Source: an uncultured Gammaproteobacteria bacterium (GTDB taxonomy: Bacteria; Patescibacteriota; Patescibacteriia; SBBC01; CAIJZX01). Taken from it: a stretch of 64,000 bases of DNA. The stretch's first letter is position 1. Each line of letters opens with the position of its first letter. Where the stretch lies: the NCBI GenBank assembly GCA_964518425.1, contig CAZFGG010000004.1:5701-69700 (forward strand). The letters are read 5' to 3'. Both the position numbers and the translations under genes were made by a program. Below the pieces are notes generated by a model. The model saw only the letters and a list, made by a program, of their open reading frames with translations. It was not told the origin of the DNA and searched no databases. Shown here piece by piece: positions 40,925-49,319 of the stretch.

Positions 40925-42256
40925 TTACGCCTTCACGAATATCAGCTTGAGGGTTTTTAGCAGTCGGCCTTTTGAAGTAACAGTGATAGTTTTCGTTCCA
41001 GCGCGTCTGGCTGAAAGCTTGAATGTCCAAATATTCGACTTAAAGGTTGGCTTACCGATGGTAATGAGTGGCGAGCTGATCAAGATAGGTTGGACCTTAA
41101 TGATCGTGCCGAATTTATTGCGGGTTCTGATTTGCACCGTGTACACCCCGGTACCATTGGCTTTGATACTCTTGCCGATAATCTTGTAGGTCGTCTTGTA
41201 TTTACTAATGGTCTTGAGGTTGGCCTGCTGGAGCTTCAGGCCGGCGGCCGTCATTTTGATGGTGTATTTCGGCGAGGAGAAGGTAATCGTTGAGACAGAC
41301 AAGGTTATTCCACCGGTAACGGCGTGAATGGTGAACGGTACGTCGCTGGTCGTGGTCGTGTCGCTGGTACGGGTGACATCAAGGGTGGATGTATCAACGT
41401 CGCCGCTCGCCAAACCGAATAGCGAATTGAGTACGGCTGTGGGAATAAAGGCCTCCATGCTACCGGTGTTGAGCGTCGTTCCATCCGCGAGGAAGTGTGG
41501 CGCGCCGAGACTGGCGACCAAACGCTTTGATCCGTCAGCAGCCGTCGAGGACGTAACCCAGCCGCCCATGGCTCCGGTGAGAGCGAAGTATGACCCGGCC
41601 ATATTGATTCCGACACCTGGTTCGAAGCTGAGGACGAATGACGCGCCGAGCACGTCTTCGCCGGATTTGTTGGCGTGGCAATCTGGTGGGACGGCCGTAC
41701 ATCCGCCAAAGTCGTCACCACTTCCGTGCGGCGTTCGTACGGGCGAGATCGTCGCATCGACTGAAGCCGCGGTGGTCCCAAGGTTAGCGGTCGTCCAGCT
41801 GCTGACCGAACCGTAAACCAAGGTGAACGTAAAGTTGGCGGCATTATCACCGAGGTTGGTCATGGTGATGGCGATTTTTGTGTCAGTCGTAACCGGGTCG
41901 CCCGTAGGAGTTGTGGCAATTGACAAATCGGAGGTGTTGCCTTGGTCGGTGTGCCAAATGACCGACACGCTCGTACGATTTCCTTTGGTCGTGTTTGGGC
42001 AAACCACGGCACCAAGAGAATTGAGCTCAGGATTAGCCGGGTCAGCAATAGCTGTTCCATCAACGGTCATGGAAGAAATTTGTGGCCGAACGACGCCTTC
42101 GCCGACCCAGGTCAGGGTCGTACTGCCATTGTCGCAGCTCGACTGGTCAGGCATGTTGAAGGTGGCTGCCTGGGCGTGAGCGTGAAGCCCAAAAATGCCG
42201 ATGATGGTGATCACGGCTGACGCGACGAATGTTCGTCGAAATGTATGTACCTGCAT
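40925..42256 (-). CDS. Secreted hypothetical protein with Ig-like/adhesin-like domains
   Basis: Signal peptide 'MQVHTFRRTFVASAVITIIGIFGLHAHAQA'. T/S/G-rich beta-sandwich-like repeats. Confidence 0.45.
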   Translation of the reverse strand: MQVHTFRRTFVASAVITIIGIFGLHAHAQAATFNMPDQSSCDNGSTTLTWVGEGVVRPQISSMTVDGTAIADPANPELNSLGAVVCPNTTKGNRTSVSVIWHTDQGNTSDLSIATTPTGDPVTTDTKIAITMTNLGDNAANFTFTLVYGSVSSWTTANLGTTAASVDATISPVRTPHGSGDDFGGCTAVPPDCHANKSGEDVLGASFVLSFEPGVGINMAGSYFALTGAMGGWVTSSTAADGSKRLVASLGAPHFLADGTTLNTGSMEAFIPTAVLNSLFGLASGDVDTSTLDVTRTSDTTTTSDVPFTIHAVTGGITLSVSTITFSSPKYTIKMTAAGLKLQQANLKTISKYKTTYKIIGKSIKANGTGVYTVQIRTRNKFGTIIKVQPILISSPLITIGKPTFKSNIWTFKLSARRAGTKTITVTSKGRLLKTLKLIFVKA

Positions 42257-42357
42257 TTGTTTTTTTCTTAATGATGAATGTTATGAATAGGCTAGCATGT
42301 TCACGCTAAAATGTCACGCCCGAAACAACCCCCGTTGGTGAGGGTTTGAATGACATG

Positions 42358-42525
42358 TGGCTCCGGGGGTCGGATTTACGACCCTGGGCAGCGGCGACTT
42401 GCCACTGGCAACTCGCCGGCCGCTCGAACTTCGCTTCGCTCGTTCTTGCTTCTGCCCTTCGAATCCGCCCAATCCAGATTGCGAAGACGGACGACACAAG
42501 GTCGTCCGCTTTCGCAATGGCTCCG
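42358..42525. other. GC-rich, stop-codon-free structured intergenic element (three strong hairpins, flanking 8-nt direct repeat) at the left edge of the GC-rich island
   Basis: Hairpins: 42367-42384 (GGGTCG-gattta-CGACCC); 42393-42417 (GGCGACTTGCCA-c-TGGCAACTCGCC); 42479-42517 (17-bp imperfect stem, loop acaag). 'tggctccg' occurs at 42358-65 and 42518-25. Six overlapping non-coding ORFs in the track reflect the absence of stop codons. Confidence 0.5.
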
Positions 42526-42649
42526 CCTCGTGGACGACGTCAGAACTTGGTTCCTGACGACCACAAAATATTTCAAGATTCCGGAGCTGGATCAGGTCAG
42601 TGCTCCACGCGATGCGCAGGCTGCCTAGGGGCCGAGCCGACGCTACGTG

Positions 42650-43081
42650 TCAGCCGTTGATCAGCGTGGACAACCAGACGAGGACGACCACGGTGATGAC
42701 GATGATGACGATGTTCGTCCGCATCTGACGGACGGCGAGCTTGTCGGTCTTCTTCGGATCGAGGAATTGCTCGAACTTGGCGATCGCCTCCGGGTCGCCA
42801 GTTGGGGCCAGTGTCCCGTCCGACCTGAGCGCAACCGTCAGCCTGAGGTTCCGGGCTGGTCGGCGGGGAAAGGCAAGGTAGATCAGCCCAGGGATCACGC
42901 CGAGGAGGAGCAGGATCGCAGCGACGAGGCAGCTCGCGCCGTCGGCGGGCACGGACCGCTCGTAGCGGATGAGGTCCGGCCGACGGTCGAGTAGGACCCA
43001 GCCCCTACCCCACTTCTCAGTGTTCATGAACTCTTCGAACTCGGCGAGGGCGTGGTTGGTGGCTGGTGGTGCGGTGGACAT
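42650..43081 (-). CDS. Hypothetical membrane protein
   Basis: Two TM segments ('LVAAILLLLGVIPGLIYLAF' and 'IVIIVITVVVLVWL'). GC-rich. Confidence 0.4.
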   Translation of the reverse strand: MSTAPPATNHALAEFEEFMNTEKWGRGWVLLDRRPDLIRYERSVPADGASCLVAAILLLLGVIPGLIYLAFPRRPARNLRLTVALRSDGTLAPTGDPEAIAKFEQFLDPKKTDKLAVRQMRTNIVIIVITVVVLVWLSTLING

Positions 43082-43133
43082 GCTGCAGGTGGTTAGTTGC
43101 ACCCGGCCAGCGAGGAGCTGGCGGGTTGAACAA

Positions 43134-43352
43134 TTAGAAGGCTCTCCTTCGAGCCCGCCGGCGGTTCAGGCGGGTCAGCTGGTCGACCTGCCACAGCCGC
43201 ACGGCGCGCTGGCGATCGCGGGTCTGGAGGTAGAAGCGGATCAGGCGGCCGGCCGAAATAATCTCGGGGAGAAGAAACACCTGGATGGTCAGGCCGGCAC
43301 CAGCACCCATGCCGGCCACGAAGAGCAGGAGCGCTGAGGTGTCGAGTGTCAT
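43134..43352 (-). CDS. Small hypothetical membrane protein
   Basis: 72 aa with one TM helix and an Arg-rich C-terminus. Confidence 0.35.
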   Translation of the reverse strand: MTLDTSALLLFVAGMGAGAGLTIQVFLLPEIISAGRLIRFYLQTRDRQRAVRLWQVDQLTRLNRRRARRRAF

Positions 43353-43372
43353 GGTACGTGGATCTGGCGAAA

Positions 43373-43930
43373 CTAGGTCTCGTGGCGGACTGGAGGCGTT
43401 GGTGGTGCCGCCCGGCGTGCCAGCTGCTCATCGAGCCACTCATCCCCCGCGCGCTTGATCGCCTCCATCTCGATCACCTCGCGCAGCACCTCCAAGCCCC
43501 GCGCGAGAAAGTCGGCCTTGCGCCGCTCGTGCAGTCCCTCTTTCACCACGGCACCCGCCAGGTCTTCCCGGGGCGCCGGCCACAGCATACGCAGGTCCGT
43601 GTGGTCGACGAGCTCCAGCACGTCACGCTTGTCGATTTGGGCGGTGTGAGGGAGAAGGTCGTACAGATCGCCGAGGCCACGGGTGTATTCGCGCAACACT
43701 TCGGTTCTCTTTCCTTCGGTGTCCCACTCGTCCTCTGGGCGATGCTCGCCCTCCCGCAAGCCGCGATCATCCGAACGGCCACCATGCTTGATCGCTTCGA
43801 CCTGATCGGCAGAGGGAACAACCTCGGCTTCCGGGCTCAGAGGCCTATCTGGGACAGCTTCAAGACCGGGTGATTCCGCGGTCGGGGGAATTATGGCTTC
43901 AGGAGGTGGGAACCCTTCACGTTCGGGCAT
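43373..43930 (-). CDS. Hypothetical protein
   Basis: 185 aa, acidic, no motif recognised. Confidence 0.35.
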   Translation of the reverse strand: MPEREGFPPPEAIIPPTAESPGLEAVPDRPLSPEAEVVPSADQVEAIKHGGRSDDRGLREGEHRPEDEWDTEGKRTEVLREYTRGLGDLYDLLPHTAQIDKRDVLELVDHTDLRMLWPAPREDLAGAVVKEGLHERRKADFLARGLEVLREVIEMEAIKRAGDEWLDEQLARRAAPPTPPVRHET

Positions 43931-44061
43931 AGCTGAAGTGTGCCACGATTATGGAAGGTTGCCTAGATCGGGCCCGTGCTCACTCAGCAGAGACCAAGGA
44001 GATCCGTCGCACCAACGAGCGCTACAGCCTTGAACTCATCGACCTGCCGGTCCGTCATCCC

Positions 44062-44592
44062 CTACTCATCGTCCAAGTACGCCTCCCCGGTCTGAATGCC
44101 CGAGATCGGCCCAGAGATGTCGAGCATCAGTTGGCCATCCGGCTGTCGCTTCCAACTCTTGATATAATCCGGCTTGAGCAAGTCGACCAGGCGTTCCATC
44201 TCGCGGTGATCAATGGCTCCCACCTCGCCCTGAATCGCCGGGTCACTTGGGTTGATGGGAGAACGCGATCCGCGGCGCATGACTCGCGTGATGTATTCCC
44301 AGAGCCGATCACGCTTCTTCTCCTCAGGTTCGGGAGAGAACGATGTGACTAGTCCTTCAAGCACCTCCTGCGTATATTTCATCTCTCGCGTTCGATAATG
44401 GATGATGAATGCGGCCAGCTGCTCCTTCGTCAAGTTCCTCGCAACGCTTCTGCCCGACGCGTCAATTTCCGCCGCGTGGCCGCGGCCAGTGCAGCGCGGG
44501 CACTCGAACTTCATCCACCCCGGGTTTGTTCCTCGGGACACCACAGCCTGATCTCCGCAAAGAGGGCACATTGGCACGCTTGACGCAGTCAC
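44062..44592 (-). CDS. Hypothetical zinc-ribbon protein
   Basis: N-terminal 'CPLCG...CPRC' four-Cys ribbon. Confidence 0.4.
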   Translation of the reverse strand: MTASSVPMCPLCGDQAVVSRGTNPGWMKFECPRCTGRGHAAEIDASGRSVARNLTKEQLAAFIIHYRTREMKYTQEVLEGLVTSFSPEPEEKKRDRLWEYITRVMRRGSRSPINPSDPAIQGEVGAIDHREMERLVDLLKPDYIKSWKRQPDGQLMLDISGPISGIQTGEAYLDDE

Positions 44593-44652
44593 TTCATGAC
44601 CTCCGCGTGTGAGCGCCGTTCTGGCAATGTACTCGATTGCTGAACAGGCTTT

Positions 44653-44919
44653 CTAAGTACGGAATCGCTGCGAACGCTTCCAACCCTCAAGCTTCCGCTT
44701 TAGCTGCCGCAAGTGCACCGGAAAAAGTATCATGATCTGAGCGAGACGCGCTCGGAGAGATCTTTCCGTGAGAGCCCACCGCCCGCGCCTAAGAAATGCC
44801 CTGAGAGCGTAAACGGTCGGGGCGCCGTCGACCAGGCCGTGCTCTCGCATGAACGATGTCAGATCTCGAGCAAAGGACTCAGCCTCGGCTTCTTCGACGA
44901 GCTGATGAGAGAGCGGCAT
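44653..44919 (-). CDS. Hypothetical small protein
   Basis: 88 aa, no motif. Confidence 0.3.
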   Translation of the reverse strand: MPLSHQLVEEAEAESFARDLTSFMREHGLVDGAPTVYALRAFLRRGRWALTERSLRARLAQIMILFPVHLRQLKRKLEGWKRSQRFRT

Positions 44920-44989
44920 CTCTTCTAGCAGGGGGCCTTCACAGCATTCGCCAGCCTGCTATACTGGCAGGCCCGATTATCCCCCCGCC

Positions 44990-45976
44990 ATGCCCCTCAC
45001 CACACCCCCCTTAGTGACCGTGCTGGTTCTGAATTGGAACGGCCTCTCGCATACATCCGAGTGCCTGCGCTCGCTCGAGCGATGCACGTACACAAATTTG
45101 CGAGTGGTCGTGGTCGACAACGGCTCAGCGAACAACGAGGCCGATCAATTGAGGAGTCTGTTCGCTGGCCGGATCAGCGTCTTTGCGGCTGGCCACAACC
45201 TCGGGTACGCCGGCGGCTGCAATTTCGGCCTCAAGAACATTGCTGTAACCGAATTGCCCGATTACCTGCTTGCCATCAACAATGATGTGGTCATCAGTCC
45301 CGATGCCATCGAGCACCTCGTTGCCGAGGCGGAGACCGATTCACGGTGCGCGATGGTGGCTCCCAGGCTCATGAATTATGTTCACCGAGAACGTGTGGAC
45401 AATCTCGGCCTAGCCCTCACGGTCACTGGCCTTGGGTTTGATCGCAAGACTGACCGCTACCCCTTATTCTGCCCAAATGGAGCCATGGCTCTGTATCGCT
45501 TTTCCGCGCTCTGGCAACTGCTAGGCATTCAAGGCGAGGTCTGGGATTCTGATTTTTTTGCTTACACTGAGGACCTCGACCTCGGTTTTCGACTGCGACT
45601 CCTCGGCTTCACCGCCAAGGCGTGCCCGAACGCCGTCGGCTACCACAAAGGCGGGGCTACCTCCGGTGGCGCCACCTCAGACTTCTCTCTGTACCAAGGT
45701 CACCGAAACAACCTGTGGTTTGTCGCGAAGGATTTCCCCAGCAGTATGCTGGCGAAACACAGCCTGGGAATCCTCGCTACGCAGCTCGGTACGTTCCTGC
45801 TCTACGCTCGCCGGCGTCGCCTCGGCCTCCTTCTCCGGGCCAAGTGGAGCGCGCTTCGGGGTATCCCTAGGATGATCATGAAACGCCGCCGCGTCCTCCG
45901 TCTCCGGCTACTCACCGATCAGCAACTCGCGGCAGTGATGATCCCGCGAGCTTACGTCTCTCCGTCGAGCACCTAG
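44990..45976 (+). CDS. Family-2 glycosyltransferase (rhamnosyl/galactofuranosyl-transferase-like)
   Basis: 'LVTVLVLNWNGLSHTSECLRSL...VVVVDNGSANNE', 'INNDVVISPD'. GT-A fold motifs. Confidence 0.75.
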   Translation: MPLTTPPLVTVLVLNWNGLSHTSECLRSLERCTYTNLRVVVVDNGSANNEADQLRSLFAGRISVFAAGHNLGYAGGCNFGLKNIAVTELPDYLLAINNDVVISPDAIEHLVAEAETDSRCAMVAPRLMNYVHRERVDNLGLALTVTGLGFDRKTDRYPLFCPNGAMALYRFSALWQLLGIQGEVWDSDFFAYTEDLDLGFRLRLLGFTAKACPNAVGYHKGGATSGGATSDFSLYQGHRNNLWFVAKDFPSSMLAKHSLGILATQLGTFLLYARRRRLGLLLRAKWSALRGIPRMIMKRRRVLRLRLLTDQQLAAVMIPRAYVSPSST

Positions 45977-46216
45977 GCGCGCCCGCCATTGACAACCCCC
46001 ACGTCTTGTTGTAGACCACATACGTATCACTAGTAACCACCGACGTTTCTGACTACCCGCAACACCATTCTCCTCAGCACTGCCGCCCTCGTCATCCTCC
46101 TCAGCGCTTGGTACGCCCTCCTTGGCGTTTCCCAGTCTTCCCGCGCAAACCGGAACCCAGCGTTCGCGCCAGCGAACAGCGGCCTCGCGAACGCCACGTC
46201 AAACACGGACACCTCC

Positions 46217-46738
46217 GTGAACCAGAACGCGTCGGGTAGCACGGCCACGGTGCCAGCGGGCTGGATGACGTATAACTCCGCCAATGCCGACTTCGCTCAC
46301 ATACGCGCTTACGACCCTTCCATCACCGTGTCGTACCCAGCCGACTGGAAGGTTACGGAGGAGCTTGGTGGCATCTACCTGGCCGAGGATGGCATTGGCA
46401 ACTTAGAGCCGCAGGTCAACATCACCCGCTCGACCACAGTGATTCATGGGGACCCTCTCGAAGCCTGCAAGTCGCAAGTAAGGGGCATCATCGGCCGGAC
46501 TCCGGTGTTTGACGTCGCGAAGCCGATGACCGTTGACGGCATTGTAAGTGCCTACATCGATTATCACCTACCGTCAGACGTGGAGACGCACTCGTCCGAT
46601 CGCGACGGCGTGTTTGTGTGCGTCCCTCTCCCGAACGCCACCGATTCGCTCTGGGGTCGCCCCCTCTCCTCGGAGCTCGTGCGCCAGAACTTCGACACCA
46701 TCCTTTCCACGTACCGGCTACACGCCAAGGGTACGTAG
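46217..46738 (+). CDS. Hypothetical protein, probably membrane-anchored (N-terminus unresolved)
   Basis: GTG start at 46217. The in-frame upstream segment 46052-46216 encodes a TM-like 'SALAALVILLSAWYALLGV' but contains no canonical start codon. Confidence 0.35.
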   Translation: MNQNASGSTATVPAGWMTYNSANADFAHIRAYDPSITVSYPADWKVTEELGGIYLAEDGIGNLEPQVNITRSTTVIHGDPLEACKSQVRGIIGRTPVFDVAKPMTVDGIVSAYIDYHLPSDVETHSSDRDGVFVCVPLPNATDSLWGRPLSSELVRQNFDTILSTYRLHAKGT

Positions 46739-46873
46739 GCGGGGTGGTTTGGCCGACGTTGTCTACCTAAGACACGGCTGCACGTCTTCACCGCAGCAAC
46801 CCTCGGCCGCTCTTTGACAATTGGACGTGCGGATCCGTCCGTGCGCCCAAACACAACCCAAAGGAGGGTCGTC

Positions 46874-49189
46874 GTGAGACGGATGTGCTGTCTGTTTGTC
46901 GTGGGCGCGTCACTTTTCCTCAGTGTGCCGCGGTCCGCGCAGGCTACGTGCCCTGGAAACTGGGGTGATTCGCTCGCCACCTACCGCAGCGTGGTGGCCA
47001 ACTCGAACGGCACGGACGTTGGCTGTTCGAATGGCAGCAGCTCGTACGGGTACAAGTATCAGTGCGTTGAGTTCGTGAAGCGCTTCTACGGAGAGGCGAT
47101 GCACTTCTCGTCAACGCCCTGGTCAGGTGACGGTGTCGACTACTATGGCTCCGCTGCCACCAAGGGATTGCGGCAGTTTGCTGACGGCGGGTCGGTGAAG
47201 CCCAAGGAGAACGATATCCTCTGCTTCTCCGGCAACACCTTCGGGCATGTCGGCATCATCACCGAGGTAGGCTCCAACTACGTCAAGATGATCGACCAAA
47301 ATCGCACCACCTCTGGGGGATCAAACAATCCGAAGCAATTGACCCTGAGCGGCCCGAGCGGTGGGTGGTCTATCTCGAGTTTCAGTGGCTCGTACCCCGT
47401 CCAAGGCTGGCTCCGAGGCTACACTTCGGACTACAAGGATCAGACACCCAGCGGCACCGCAACCCTCACACCAGGGCAGGCGCTGTACTTCAAGGTCCGG
47501 TACACGAACACGAGTCACGCCAACGCGCCGCATTGGAAGAACGACGGCGGGAGTCAGTCCGTCGAGCTGCGGTCATGCACGAGCACGGGAGTCGAGACGA
47601 GTTCTTTCCTGTACCCCGTGAGCGGTCAGACCACATGGCTTGATCCAACCGATCGCAAGCGCATCGTGCACATGACGGAATCGGACGTAGGAGGAAACAC
47701 GGGAGTCGCCACGTTTGAGTTCTGGGCCAAGGTCCCTGAGTCCGCGACGCTGGGGACGCACAACGTCTACTTCCGCCCCTACCATCAGTCTGGTCAATGG
47801 ATTGAGGAATGGGACGGGATGTACTTCTCAATCAATGTTGTTGCCCCAATACCCGATCCGGCGTACGGATTGATCCTTCGGAATCCCTCAACCGCCGAGT
47901 GGTGGACGAGGGTGTCGAACGGCTTGGCCTTCGCCTACCCGCCTGGAGCCAACACGCCAGCTGACCTTTGGATCTCCGGATGGGCTCTTGACGACGGCAG
48001 CTACACCTTCACTCCTTACGTCGGTGACTTAAACGGCGACACCTACGACGACCTGGTCGTCGAACGCAGTGACTGCAAGTGGTACGTAGCTTGGAACAAC
48101 CAAGACGGATCATTCACCTCGCAAGGATCACCGATTCTTAACCCGTGGGCCACGTCGCCGTCCCCTGGCAAATATTTCTTCTGGTTCACCAACGTGACCG
48201 GAGATGCCAAGGACGAGCTCCTGACCTACGATGCCTCTAACGGCAACTGGTACGTCTGTACGTTCAACACCAGCACGAATACCTTCGACAACTGCAGCAC
48301 CTGGTTGACGTGGGGTGGTGGTGTCGGAACGTTTCAGCCACTCGCCGGAGATTGGAATGGCGACGGCAAGAGCGATATCTGCCTGCGCAATCCATCCACC
48401 GGCAACCACTACGTCCGGTTATCCTCTGGCACTGGCTTCTACCAGGGCACGAACGACAACTGGATCGGCTGGGGCGCGGGCAGCGAGTTCATCCCGATCG
48501 TCGGAGACTGGAACGGCGACGGCAAGGACGACCTGATGCTATGGAAAACGTCCACCGGCGAGTGGTTCGTCCGAACGTCAGATGGCACGGCCTTCGTCTA
48601 CCCCTCGGGAAGCAACTCTCCGGCCGACCGCTGGATGGTCTGGGGCGATCCGAGCTACACGCTCTTTACGGGCGACTTCAATGATGACGGCAAGGTCGAC
48701 GTTGGATTACGGAATCCAAGCACTGGCGACCACTGGGTTCGCACCTCGACTGGCCTCGCCTTCACCCAACCCTCACCAGACAACTGGTTGGCAGGGTGGG
48801 GCGGTAGTTCCTACCAGCTGCTGACCGGACGGTTTGGCAACGGGGAGCTGGGCGGTGGGTTCTCGTTGCAGCCAGCGCCTCCTGAAGATGATCAGCCACC
48901 TCCGGCGGTGCCTCTGTCGTTCAGGATTTGGGTGGCACCAAATCCAACCACGTCGAATGCTACAGTCAACTTCGCCTTGCCGACGTCTGATCGGGCCAGC
49001 ATCTCGATCTACGACGTCAGTGGTCGTGAGGTAGCTCAGTTCCCCGAGGAACCCTATGGCGTCGGCCAGCACACGCTTACGTGGAGCAGGACCAGCCCCC
49101 GTGGAGGACGGGTGGCGGACGGCATCTACTTCCTGACGTTTCGGTCGACACTTCACACGATCAGCAAGAAGATCATTGTTCTCAACTGA
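46874..49189 (+). CDS. Secreted CHAP-domain amidase/peptidase with FG-GAP repeats and a T9SS-type C-terminal sorting domain
   Basis: SD AAGGAGG 6 nt before the GTG at 46874. Signal peptide 'MRRMCCLFVVGASLFLSVPRSAQA'. CHAP domain 'YQCVEFVKRFY...FGHVGII'. At least 5 FG-GAP units ('GDWNGDGKSD', 'GDFNDDGKVD'). C-terminus 'VAPNPTTSNATVNFALP...ISIYDVSGREVAQ...ADGIYFLTF...KKIIVLN' matches the Por_Secre_tail pattern. Confidence 0.7.
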   Translation: MRRMCCLFVVGASLFLSVPRSAQATCPGNWGDSLATYRSVVANSNGTDVGCSNGSSSYGYKYQCVEFVKRFYGEAMHFSSTPWSGDGVDYYGSAATKGLRQFADGGSVKPKENDILCFSGNTFGHVGIITEVGSNYVKMIDQNRTTSGGSNNPKQLTLSGPSGGWSISSFSGSYPVQGWLRGYTSDYKDQTPSGTATLTPGQALYFKVRYTNTSHANAPHWKNDGGSQSVELRSCTSTGVETSSFLYPVSGQTTWLDPTDRKRIVHMTESDVGGNTGVATFEFWAKVPESATLGTHNVYFRPYHQSGQWIEEWDGMYFSINVVAPIPDPAYGLILRNPSTAEWWTRVSNGLAFAYPPGANTPADLWISGWALDDGSYTFTPYVGDLNGDTYDDLVVERSDCKWYVAWNNQDGSFTSQGSPILNPWATSPSPGKYFFWFTNVTGDAKDELLTYDASNGNWYVCTFNTSTNTFDNCSTWLTWGGGVGTFQPLAGDWNGDGKSDICLRNPSTGNHYVRLSSGTGFYQGTNDNWIGWGAGSEFIPIVGDWNGDGKDDLMLWKTSTGEWFVRTSDGTAFVYPSGSNSPADRWMVWGDPSYTLFTGDFNDDGKVDVGLRNPSTGDHWVRTSTGLAFTQPSPDNWLAGWGGSSYQLLTGRFGNGELGGGFSLQPAPPEDDQPPPAVPLSFRIWVAPNPTTSNATVNFALPTSDRASISIYDVSGREVAQFPEEPYGVGQHTLTWSRTSPRGGRVADGIYFLTFRSTLHTISKKIIVLN

Positions 49190-49196
49190 ACCAAGT

Positions 49197-49235
49197 CCTC
49201 CCCCCCTCTGTTTAAGAGGTGGGGGAGTTTTTTTT
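49197..49235 (+). terminator. Rho-independent terminator (CCTCCCCCCCTCT-gtttaa-GAGGTGGGGGAG + T8)
   Basis: Long GC stem then TTTTTTTT. It separates the plus-strand CHAP gene from the convergent minus-strand array. Confidence 0.8.
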
Positions 49236-49319
49236 GGCGGCTTCGTTTCCGGAACTGTGGGCCGGTTAGCGATAAGCGACGCTCTCAACCAGCTGCGCTC
49301 GAAGCATCGTTGAGCGGCT

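Noticed and set aside
42393-42417. Sigma-54 promoter reading of the TTGCCA-c-TGGCAA palindrome
   Set aside because: Spacing and sequence do not match TGGCAC-N5-TTGCW. More likely a hairpin or a protein-binding palindrome.
42306-42660. Six overlapping 60-104-aa ORFs on both strands
   Set aside because: They arise because the GC-rich hairpin region lacks stop codons in all frames. Translations are low-complexity (R/A/G/P/S-rich) with no start context. Interpreted as non-coding.
42358-42720. tmRNA (ssrA) hypothesis for the GC-rich structured element. The 5' GGGGGUC-GGAUUUACGAC resembles a tmRNA 5' end, and islands often insert at ssrA.
   Set aside because: No matching 3' acceptor strand (GACCCCC) plus CCA. 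No canonical 7-nt T-loop arm. No tag-peptide reading frame ending in ...LAA/AA followed by a stop. On the plus strand the tmRNA body would have to run into the downstream CDS. Kept only as a generic candidate structured element.
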